This document shows positions 24,437 through 35,066 of a stretch of 64,000 nt of DNA, piece by piece. The translations under genes were made by a program, and so were the position numbers. This DNA is from Antechinus flavipes. Lineage: Eukaryota. The first letter of the stretch is position 1. Every line of letters begins with the position of its first letter. Where the stretch lies: assembly GCF_016432865.1 (NCBI RefSeq), contig NC_067399.1:232252001-232316000 (forward strand), read 5' to 3'. The notes under the pieces are model-generated. The model saw only the letters and a program-made list of their open reading frames with translations, was not told where the DNA came from and made no database searches.

Positions 24437-26908
24437 CTGTGGTAAGAAAAGAAAAAGTATTTTAGAACATCTGGGAAACTTCTATAGAAAACAAAAGTCT
24501 GTATATTCCTACTTTGGAAACATTTCCTATAATATTTACTACATACGAGCATAACATTTATTAATTGAATTCAATAGTCATGGTATTTTTACAATTTATG
24601 AAGCAATTTCATATTGAATTTGATAATCACAACCACCATGTAAAATAAAAGTAGGCAGTCCAAGGCTCATTTATCCATTTCTAAAAATGAGGAATCTGAG
24701 TTTTAGAAGTTATACGACTTGTCTAACTATGAAGAAGTCATGATTCAAATCCAAGTCTCCACACCCCTAGGTCCCTGTTCTTTTCCCTGTACCAAAATGC
24801 CAACACCACCCAGATTAGATCCATTTCTGGATCTGCTTCTTATGTGCAAACCAAAACTGGGACCTAAATCAGGAACTTAATTTCTGATCAGGTGGTCTTT
24901 CTGGAGTAAGCCAGAAATATAAATATGGACTTGTTCTTTGTAACGTTAAACATTATTCCTAGAAAAACCCAGCACATGCCAAATCGGTCACTTAAACAGC
25001 TATAAGTTCACCTGTGTTCAAAGAACTGGGCAGACAAAGAAAAGCAAGCTATGTTCTGAGACAGAAGCAGGTCCCAAACAAGTTTGAACAGAAACTGAGT
25101 ATCAATTGAGTTGATGGAGAGCCTACAACATAGACTGCCCGTGTTGGTGAGAGTGAAAATGTTTTCTTTGCTCTTAACTATTCCCCATTACCAGGAATCC
25201 TCTGTGGGAGGTATTGCAGAGCAACAGGAAAAACTATTTTTGCTTGGCCATCAACTCACAGTGTAACTTTGGCAAGTGAGTTATCTCTTCTGGATTTCAT
25301 CTATAAAATGAGAGATAGGTTAAGTGCCTCTAAGGTTTCTTCTATCTCTGACATTCTGTGTTCTAACAATCCAGTTCTCAGTACTGAATACATTCCAAGT
25401 TATGTGACTACTCATTTTGCTCTGTGCTCCATCACACTGGCATAGAGCTTTCTAGGTCAGACCTGTCATGGGCCAGGTCTGTTCCAAGTCTGACATCCGA
25501 TATCCTCAGCCTTCCTGAAATGAACACCATCCCTTTAACCTGTCCCTCAGCATTTGCATCTCTCCTCTTCCCCTGTTTAAATGACTGGAAGGAGAAAGAG
25601 TGGGGCCAAGAGAAGTAAGAAGATGTCTGAGGTGCCTATGGGACACAAGAGAACTCTTAAAGATACAGAAAACAAGGGCCTCTGCTGTTTATTTACCCAT
25701 CGAAGCTGTCTTTTGTAGTAAACAGTTAATTTTGTAATAGGGAAGGGGGAACACCCACTTCTGCCTCTGAGATGAAAATATGCTGCAAGCTTCTTCTGAC
25801 CCTTAGTGATCTCCCACAAAGCTTCAAAAAAGCCAGACTTTCCAGTGTCTACACCTCCTACCAATATGTATTTTTCATACCTCCATGCCTCAATCAGTGC
25901 TTATCTGAGTAATTCTGGCCAAAAAAATGTCTTCATTGTCTTCAAATCAATCATCTGATTATCAAATTATCAAATGCCCTTAGCTGCCATCAGATGAAAG
26001 GTACAGAGTCTGTTGCCAGGCTTGTTCCCCAAACTTTTCTAGCTTGAGGGGCCGTGTCAAAACCTGGGTCCTGCTAGAACAATTGTGGAACATGGTGGAA
26101 CATGGAAAGAGCACTAGGCCTCATGTCTCATAAGTGAAAAAGTACTTGGAAAACATTATTATGTGAAAAATACTGTCCACCTCCAGAAAAAGAAATGCTA
26201 ATGTCTGAATGAACATTTAAGCATACAATTTTTCACTATTTTTCTTGGTGGTGGGTTTTTTTTTTTTTGGTCTCTCTGTTTTCTTTTTGCAACATAGCAA
26301 TATGGAAATATGTTTTACATGGCTGCACATGTATAATCTTATTAAATTGCTTATCTTTTCAAGAAGGGAAAAAGAGTAGAAGGGAGGGAAAGAATTTGGA
26401 ACTCAAAATTTAAGAATTATTTTTTACATGTAATTGGAAAAAAATATACCAAAAAAGAAAACATCTTACAATTGGCTTCAATAATCTGAGGCACAAAAAT
26501 ACTCAAATTTTTCTATAGAGGGTTGAACTTTGAAAAATTTCATCAAAAAAAAAAAAGAAAAGAAAAATTTCATCCATACAAATTTCACATAAATGACTGT
26601 AAAAGTGAGATTATATATTCTGGAAAAAGAAAAGCCAATTTTTGAGGAGTTGGCCTTCTTTGTTTTCTTTACTTCAGATTTTTAGAGCTGATCTTGTCCA
26701 AACAACAGGAGCTGGTAAACCAACTAGCAAGCCCACAGTATAAGGTAAAACTTTCAAATCATTCATAGCATGGGGAAAAAATGGGCAATCTGGATTCTGG
26801 GAGAAAAGTCTAATCATTTCCCAACCTATCAATCCTAAGAATAAAGGATAAAGTGTCCATTGACTAATGTAAATACGTATTGTTCCCTGACCCAAATGGA
26901 ACTCTTAC

Positions 26909-27102
26909 CTGGAGAATTCCAATCACTTTTTTGGCTATAAAAGGACCAAAATGAGAAGCCTTGGTTAAGCCAACTCCTTTGTAGTCTGCAAGGATAACAA
27001 TTCCGTTCACCTGGGTCTCCTCAGACTGAATCAGTTTTTCTAATGTTAAATATATGGCACGAATGTTCTCAGTAATTGGGTAGTTACTTGGAATCCATCT
27101 AT
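26909..27102 (-). CDS. TTPAL: TTPAL coding exon 2, 194 bp
   Basis: ccttag|ATAGA...CAG|gtaaga; encodes RWIPSNYPITENIRAIYLTLEKLIQSEETQVNGIVILADYKGVGLTKASHFGPFIAKKVIGILQ. Confidence 0.97.
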
Positions 27103-28700
27103 CTAAGGTTGCAAGATAAAGAAGGGAGAAACAAACAATAATAAGAATTCATACCTCATACTTCTGTAGCATTTACAGTTTATAAAGCATTTTCTTTATC
27201 AGGCCTGTGAAGAAAAAGAGAACAAGGTCTGGGCCTGGGATTTCATTGGTACTGTAGAGGAGGACTCCCAGACAAGGGACTTTGTAGCTCAGAGGGCTGC
27301 CTCTAGCTCCATGGAGCTCATTGACTGGCCTATGTGAGTTGGAGGGAAATGAGTTAAGGTCAATGGCCAGCCCTTCATTCTCTTCAGCAGAAGTGACCAG
27401 CTGTGTGTTACAGCAGCAGCGAGATGGCAAAGGGGTTGAGGTATCTCACCTGGAATTAGGGAGATCTGAGTTCAGGGATTCTTAACCCTGGGATCTGTGA
27501 ACCTGTTTGTTGTTTTAAATACTTGATAACTACATTTCAACATAATTTGTTTTTTTTATAGTGTTTTCCTTATTTCATCTTACTTAAAAGCACTACAATT
27601 ATCCCTTCCACAACATGATTTTTCCCTCTGTGACTTCATTCAGTACATCTCAGGTTGGCATACGATATTAAACAGAAGTTTGGGGGGAGTTGTATGGAAG
27701 CCACAAATGACATAGAAAAAATTCAGAAATGCATAAATGTATACATAATAGTGTATATTATCAACATTTTGTCTTTCAATCATAATAATTTAGACTTCTT
27801 CTCTGGTACAAAGGAAGGGCCAAAAAAATTTTACGCAGATTTTCCAGATCAAGTGGGCACTGTGACCTTAAGGCCTACAATGTAGAAGGGATAATAACTG
27901 TAAAATGGAGATAATAGCACCTATTTCCCAAGTGAGGATCAAATGAGATAATGTGTAAAGTACTTTGGAAACCTTTAAGGACTAAGCTGATGCTAATTAT
28001 TATTATTATTACAATTACACATATTGTTATCCCTCCTTTGCATATGAGGAAATTAAGGCTTAGAGAGACCAAAGGATTTAATGCTAACTATTCACAAGGT
28101 TGTGACAATAATTCAGATTCCCACAGTCCCTGCTTTACAATTCACAGATTACAAAAAGTTGGCCTCCTTTCTTTGATTATAAACTAACAGATCTGAAATT
28201 CTACTCCTCTCATTTTACAAATGGAGAAACTGAGGCCCAGAGAAATATGTTCAAATGACTAAACTAGGAATATAGCCCAGTTCTCCTGAAAAGGGCAGGG
28301 ACACGTTGGTTAATGAGTAATATTAACAAATTGATCCTTTCAGACAAAAAAAATGTGAATTATGTTAATTAATCATCAATTAATAAGCATTTACTAATTG
28401 ATTACTTTTTGCCAGTACTGTGCTAGGTACTGGATGTACAAAGAAAAGCAAAAAATACAGTTCCTGTCACTAAGAAGCTAAACCAGAGTCAAAACATCCT
28501 AGCCAGAAACAAAGGCTCTCTCAATGAGCTATAAAGCCTTCAAGTATAGGCCCAGTGAGATTGCATGCTGTCCAAGCTTAAGCTCCGACTAGTGGGCAGG
28601 CTTGGAGTAAGCTAGGTAGTGCCATAGAACACAGAGTGCTGGGCCTGAAGTCAGCAAGACTCATCTTTTTCCATTCAGATCTGGCCTTGGACACTAACTA

Positions 28701-29235
28701 CTGTGTTTCCCCAATAATAAGACCTATCCCGAAAATAAGCCCTATTGAGATTGCTACTGTAGTGAAGGTGATCCCCTGCGCTACACGCTATATTACAGTA
28801 CCCTCTGTATGCACCGTCCCCCCCCCCTCCCCCCCCGAGGTGAAACGCACGCCACTCTCCGAGCTGCATCCAATCAGAGCTGCAGCAGTGAGCGCGTCAT
28901 CTTGTTCTTCCCCAGTGATTTGCTTGCTGGCGCCATTGAGAGCAGTGCTGCGGAGGAGAGCTGAGGCAGGACAGCATAAAAACCCAGTATGTAAGCGGGA
29001 GTGAGGGGGCATGATGGAGGATAAAAGAAGAACTCAGGGGGCATGATGGAGGATAAAAGGGGCATGATAGAGGATAAAAGAAGAACTCAGGGGGCATGAT
29101 GGAGGATAAAAGGGACACTCAGGGAGCATTGCTGTCAATGTTCATTAAAATAAGCCCTCCCCTGAAAATAAGCCCTCTGGTGTTTCTCTGTCCAAAAAAA
29201 TAATAAGACAGTGTTTTATTATCGGGGAAACACGG
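28701..29235. mobile_element. Non-autonomous Tc1/mariner-superfamily (Tc2/pogo-like) MITE, 535 bp
   Basis: 23-bp TIRs CTGTGTTTCCCCAATAATAAGAC / CCGTGTTTCCCCGATAATAAAAC (20/23 identical), TA TSDs at 28699-28700 and 29236-29237, and subterminal AAAATAAGCCCT repeats. Confidence 0.88.
29005..29111 (+). repeat. Four copies of GGGGCATGAT(G/A)GAGGATAAAA inside the MITE
   Basis: Read directly; two copies are followed by gaagaactca. Confidence 0.95.
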
Positions 29236-30605
29236 TAGCTGGGTGACTGAGCAAGTTACTGTTTGCCTCAGTTTGCTCATCTGTAAAATGAGCTGGAGAA
29301 GCAAACAGCAAAACCACTCCAATATCTTGCCCAAGAAGATCCCAAAGGGGATCGTGAAGAGTCAGATAGGACTAAAAAAACAACTAAGTGACTATTCACT
29401 TTATATGCCTCCTGTTTCACAGCCTTCTCTTGGCTGGAAATCCTAAGCCATGGCACTTGAAAAAGAATGGGTGGAATCTTCTGTCAGATTATGTGCTCCT
29501 ATTTGTATAGTGCAATTTAAGGTCTACAAAGTGCTTTTCTCACAAGCCTGAGATTTTGATGATCCTAAAGCTCAGATGCTGAGGTGATTTAGGTCCCAGA
29601 ATTGATTAGATAGCAGAACTGCGACGGGAAGCCAGGTCTTTTGACTTCTACCAAGCCTATGATTCTTGTCTTCCACGCAAGCTGCTGACCTTCAGTTTTA
29701 CCCATCTGGGTCATTCTCAGTGAAAAGGAAACCTGTGGTTGCATGGTAGTGTTGTGCTGCTCTACTCATACATACATATAGTCTCATGGTGAACAAGTCC
29801 CTTCTGCTGGCACAGACTTTGCCTCCTACGTGGTAGCTCTTTAAATACTTACAGGTAGCTGACATGTCCCCTATTCTATGCTAAAACCTCTACTGACAAG
29901 AGTGCAAACTCACCTAAACAGATATTTCCATGAGTTTGGGTGGCAAACCTTCTGGCAATGAGTGCTCAGCTAAGCCAGGCCTCAGACATTGGTCACACTG
30001 TCCACTGACAGCCTCACACTTCAAGGTTTCCCAGCTCTATAGAATCTATCAAGACTTCAGTAGAGGATTTCATCACCACATGATCAAATAAATAATCATT
30101 GAGCCAAGACAAGACACTCAAAGGGCTAGACAAGACACAAAGAACTGCTGTCTACTACCAGAAAGAGAACACTAGGACCAACCAGAATCAGGGCATCTGG
30201 GTTTAAAGCCCAGTTCTACACCTTTTGATGGAACCTTAAGTCACTTTCTTCCCCTGGGGTATTAGTTTCCTATACTGTAAAATGCAGGGGTTGGTTAGAG
30301 CAGAGCTTCTTAAAATTTTCCCTCCCCATTATCCCTTTTTGTCCAAGAAGCTTTTAAGTGATCCCAGATATATAGGTATATAAAAAAGGTACACAAATCA
30401 AACATTTGCTGATAATCATAATTTCATGACTCCCACATTCAGTTATGAGACCCCACATAGAATTGCAAACCAGTTTAAGAAGCTGAATGTTAGAGGTAGC
30501 TTTCAGCTCCCTTCTTGTTTGAAATTCTATGAAAGTTTATTCCATCATCACAAGAACCAAATGCAACCCAAGCTCACAGAATCAAGCAACATTCAAGAGA
30601 CATAC

Positions 30606-31044
30606 CTGGACGAAGGCAAAGTACCTGGCAGCCTTTAGGGTCCGAGTGAGGCAGCACAGTGAGAAAACCTGAACTCAGAACCTCCTTCAGGGCAGAGGGC
30701 TTTAGATTATCAAACACTTCAGGCCAGCTCCTCCGACAGCTGTGATAGTTGACCAGAAGCTGCAAGGCTCGGTCATAGTCGAACTTTCGGGCTCTGAGGA
30801 AGCGCAGAAGAAAAGCATCATCCAGGGACGTACTTAAGTTAGGATAGTCTTTACAGACCATGTCTCGAAGGGCTTGGACATCCCGCAGCCGCCATTCTGG
30901 TTTTTCCTGTAGCTCCTCCCGGGCTTTGGTGACCAGCTCCTCTGTCAGGGAGCACACATAGCCAGGCTGTTTGGGGAGCTCATTATTTTCAGATAAAGGT
31001 GCCACAAATGGGCTTGTCCTCAGAGAGTCACTTTCTTCGGACAT
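30606..31044 (-). CDS. TTPAL: TTPAL first coding exon, 439 bp from ATG
   Basis: Acceptor ggacag| gives exon start 31059 with 15 nt of UTR. Encodes MSEESDSLRTSP...EKPEWRLRDVQALRDMV...DDAFLLRFLRARKFDYDRALQLL (CRAL-TRIO N domain); donor CCAG|gtatgt. The four exons total 1023 nt = 340 aa plus stop. Confidence 0.97.
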
Positions 31045-32509
31045 TAGATTATCAGGAAGCTGTCCAAAAAATTTAAACAACCCATTTTAAGCCCACTTAA
31101 TAGCATGCTGTACTACCCATAACTCCCACCTGCTACAGAATACAAGAAAGTAATTTTGAAAGAAAAGCCGAATTGCCATAAGGGAATGTACTTAGCTCTC
31201 TTTGAGGCCCAGCTCAAGTACAGCCTAGAAAACCCTCTTACTTCCCCCAGCTCTTAGTAACCTTTCCCCCAACCTTTTGTAAATTTATCTTTTGTACATC
31301 CTGTATTTACTTCTCTGTAAAGGCGTATACCCCTAGTAGAATGTAGATTCCTCAAAGGCAAGCGCTGTCTCAGTTTTGTCTTTGTATGCCAGAACCTAGC
31401 ACAATGCCTGTGTACCAGTGCCTGATACACAGCAGGCACCTGCTAAATGCTTGTTGGCTGACTGACTGAAACTAGTAATATCCAACTTTGCTCACGAGCC
31501 CTCAGTAACCTCCTCCTCAGCCGAAAACAAAGTTGGGGCAACTTGTGGTAGATGACCTTGGAAAAGTCCCCTTCCTTTCCTGGAGTCCATTTTCTCCTCT
31601 GTAAAATAAAAGAGTTGGAATAAATGATGTCTAGGGGGCCCTTCAGTTCATATTGTCTATATTCTACTTTGGGTTGTTATCAACAGAATACTACCATATG
31701 ACAATCAACGGAGCCTGGGTGAGGGGCTGGGACTTGGACTTTCTATTTAGACACGTTTGCACAACCTTTCCAATCTACAGAGAGGGCAAGGAAGAAAAGT
31801 AAGCAATATTCAACACGTATAATCCCCACTCCCTAGCTTTCACTATTGTTACCCTTTCCCTAAGAGCTCTCCTGTCAGTAGTTATTTCCTATCTCTTATT
31901 CTCCTGTTCCCCAATAAACTTTCCCCCTTAATGTCCCAGTTCATAGGTCCACTCTTCCTCTGATTCTCCCTTTTCCAATATCCCCTTTTTCTAAGTCTCC
32001 CCTTCCCCAGGTTCTCCCCTATCCCCACTGCCTCATTATTCCAAAGTCTTCTCTTCTCAGGTTCCCCTTTCCAGGTTTCCATATCCTGATTTTATCTCTT
32101 CACCTCCCACTTCCCCCTTAATTCAGCAGTTACCATTATTTCTTCTTGCCCAGCATCCCTACCCCATTTCCTGATTCTCCTCATTCATTCCATAAGCATT
32201 TGTGAGACACCCTTTATATGTAAAGCACTGTGTACTAGGGATACAAATGAAAAATGAAAAACATCCCTAGTCCTCAAAGAGTTTGCATTCTAGTAAGGGG
32301 GTATAAAATGTGCACAAATAGCATGTACAATGTAATCTGGGAAGGGAAAAAAACCAATAACCTCCAGTGGGTGAACTTTCATTATAACTGCATTTCAACG
32401 TAACTAATTTCCTTTGCAACTCTCTAATTTTTTCATTTAAAAAACTATTTTTCACCAGATTGCCAAAGAGTTTTATGACAAAAAAAAGGTTCAGAACTTC
32501 TATTCTAGA

Positions 32510-32960
32510 AGGATCGGAAAAAGCTTCCTTCTAGGAGTGGGCGGTTAAGCTAGGCTTTGCATGAAGTTAAAGATTCTGAGAGACTGCTGTGAAGCAGGGA
32601 TGCAATTTCCGGTATGTGGGCTGGCCTGTGGCAAGGGCATGGAAAGAGAAGATGCAATGGAGTGGCTGCACAACAGCAAATTAGTCCACTTTAGCTAGAA
32701 CATGGTGTGCACGAAGAGGAATGACTTGAAACAAAGTCTAGAGAGGGTGCTGAAGCCAATCTGAAAAGGATTTTAAATGCCAAATAAAAATGTTTGCATT
32801 TGATTCTCGTGACTTCAGGAGGCTGTTTTGATCATGGGAATGACGCGATCAGACCTGGGCTTTAGGAATATCACACTGGCAGCTCTGCTGGGGGTGGGAA
32901 TAGATGGGAGAGAAAAGGGACTTGAAGTAGAGAAACCAATTAGGAGGCTGTTGCAATCGG
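32510..32960 (-). mobile_element. L2 fragment
   Basis: Degenerate antisense L2 motifs (ggaggctgttgcaatcggtcaggtg). Boundaries approximate. Confidence 0.55.
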
Positions 32961-33139
32961 TCAGGTGTGAGGGAGGGAGACAGGTGCTTGAGGTGTGACA
33001 GAGAAAGACCCATAAGACTTGGTTACTAATGGAGTATGGGGGCGAAGAAGAGGGTCAAAACTGGGTACATAGCAGGAGAGGGAACTTGTCTTCCGAGGGT
33101 TTAGGAGAGCAAAGGAGACGAGTTCCGTTTTGAACTTGT

Positions 33140-33600
33140 TGTGTTTGAGATGCTTGAAGGCTATCCAAGGAGAGACGTCCAGCAAGATGTGAGGCAGGAG
33201 GTCGTGATAGGCCGCATCCCCTCCCTTGGTCAGTTTCTTTACTACTTTTCCTCTCCCGCCTTTCCCAGCCCCGCCCCAGGCACGCGCACGCGCACATACT
33301 CTGGCCCTCACAGGCCACGGCCCCGCCCTCCTCCTCGAGAACGCGCCGACCCTCGCCAGCCCCGCCCCCCGCCCCGGGCGCGCGGTACTCACCAACCCCC
33401 CGGGCCAGAACGGAAGGGTGGGTGGGCCGAGTCACAGGCGACCTGGAGTCTCCGCCAGCACCGCGGACAGGTCCGACCCACCGTCCGCTCCACCCGCCCC
33501 TCTACGCCGGAAGTGACGCAACGCTGGCCATAGGCGCCTTGCACAGGCGCAGTGGAAATATCGACGTTGCGCGTTGTGGTCCTGGACTTCTGGCACAAAC
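33140..33600 (-). promoter_or_regulatory. TTPAL: TTPAL CpG-island promoter and probable non-coding first exon
   Basis: CpG-dense, with several CCCCGCCC boxes, NRF1-type GCGCACGCGC (33284-33293), ETS-CRE CCGGAAGTGACG (33507-33518) and a minus-strand donor TTG|GTGAGT (exon end 33393). Confidence 0.82.
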
Positions 33601-34419
33601 TTGTCCGTTGTAATGATATTTTACCTTCCCATCTCGCCCAGCCTCTGCGCTAGAGGGAGACATACAGCTTTTCAATTCGCTGTGCAACTTGGGAAAAGTC
33701 ACATGCTCTCTCTGGGCCTCAATTGCTTCAATACTGCGAGGGACTTTCATTGATCTACACGTTAACCTATTTAGCCTTTTTGTGTGTGTGTTTTTTGAAA
33801 TCCCCTGGCACTCTGGTGGAACCTAGGAACCCCTTCTTAGAATAATATTTTTAAATTCCTAAAATAAAACAGTATTATCTAGGAAATCAATTATCTTGAA
33901 GGGCCCAATCCCGGTTAAAACCCCTAAAACACTTTATTCCAAGCATTAAACAATTTCCTAGTTGAAAGGACCTTAACAAATGTCCTTCATTAAGTAAATG
34001 GTTTAGGGTTTTGTCAACATCTCTATGATACATTTAGGTTTGCAAAGAATTTGATATTTGTAGCAATCTTGGAGATAGATACTATTATATCCCCTTTGTA
34101 CAGATGAGGAAACTGAGGCAGGGTAGTGAAGTGACTTGCCCAGAGTCAGCTGTGCAATGAATGTTCTGGATGCAGATTGGAAGCTAGATCCTTTTAGCTT
34201 CCATTCTGGATTTTTTTTTTATTGAACTATAAGCTATTTGACTTTAAGCTGACACCTCTCCTACCCCATTCCCAGGTAACAAGGGATTCCTGTCTTTAAG
34301 GAAATGTGGGTTTCTTCTTCTATAAAATGTGAACTCTTCAGAAAAATGCAAAATTTTCAATGCAAAAATGAAAATATTTAGGATTACAAAGGAAATCAGT
34401 TTTTGGTTGATAATTTCTG

Positions 34420-34540
34420 AAATACAGCCATCCATCTATCTACCTGTCTATTGATCTGTCTTTTTGTCTATCTATCCATCTAGCCACCTGCCTACTTGTC
34501 TATCTATCTGCCTAACTGTCTGTCTGTTTATCTGCTAAAA
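34420..34540 (+). repeat. Degenerate (TCTA/TCTG)n simple repeat
   Basis: Read directly from the sequence. Confidence 0.75.
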
Positions 34541-34755
34541 AGCTATGCAGATCATGTTAAGAACCACTGCCCAAAGGGATCCTTTCCCAGTTCTTTCCCT
34601 TGTTTTCCATCCCCTCATGCCCTTCCATTTGATCTGTAGCTGCTAAGCAGAACTTTCTGTGTCTTGCTTCTTGAGAGAAGCCATACAACAGCAGGCCGTG
34701 TGTCAGGGAAGCACTTGGTTGAGATGGTACAAAATCCCTTAATATTTTCCTCACA

Positions 34756-35066
34756 NNNNNNNNNNNNNNNNNNNNNNNNNNNNNNNNNNNNNNNNNNNNN
34801 NNNNNNNNNNNNNNNNNNNNNNNNNNNNNNNNNNNNNNNNNNNNNNNNNNNNNNNNNNNNNNNNNNNNNNNNNNNNNNNNNNNNNNNNNNNNNNNNNNNN
34901 NNNNNNNNNNNNNNNNNNNNNNNNNNNNNNNNNNNNNNNNNNNNNNNNNNNNNNNNNNNNNNNNNNNNNNNNNNNNNNNNNNNNNNNNNNNNNNNNNNNN
35001 NNNNNNNNNNNNNNNNNNNNNNNNNNNNNNNNNNNNNNNNNNNNNNNNNNNNNNNNNNNNNNNNNN
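34756..35066. other. Assembly gap (311 N)
   Basis: Run of N. Confidence 1.

Larger units (their letters stand above)
28620..29390 (+). mobile_element. MAR1-like SINE split by a DNA transposon
   Basis: The left half ends gacactaacTA and the right half resumes TAgctgggtgac...ctcagtttgctcatctgtaaaatgagctggagaag... Confidence 0.8.

Noticed and set aside
28636-29004. 122-aa ORF over the MITE as a possible transposase
   Set aside because: It starts in the SINE, is far too short and shows no DDE or HTH motif.
31045-31080. Upstream in-frame start (MFKFFGQLPDNL) for TTPAL
   Set aside because: It crosses the splice acceptor at 31060-31061, so it is intronic; the true start is the ATG at 31044.
32961-33750. 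Several 60-144-aa ORFs at the TTPAL CpG island
   Set aside because: These are stop-poor GC-rich promoter sequence with low-complexity Pro/Arg/Gly products.
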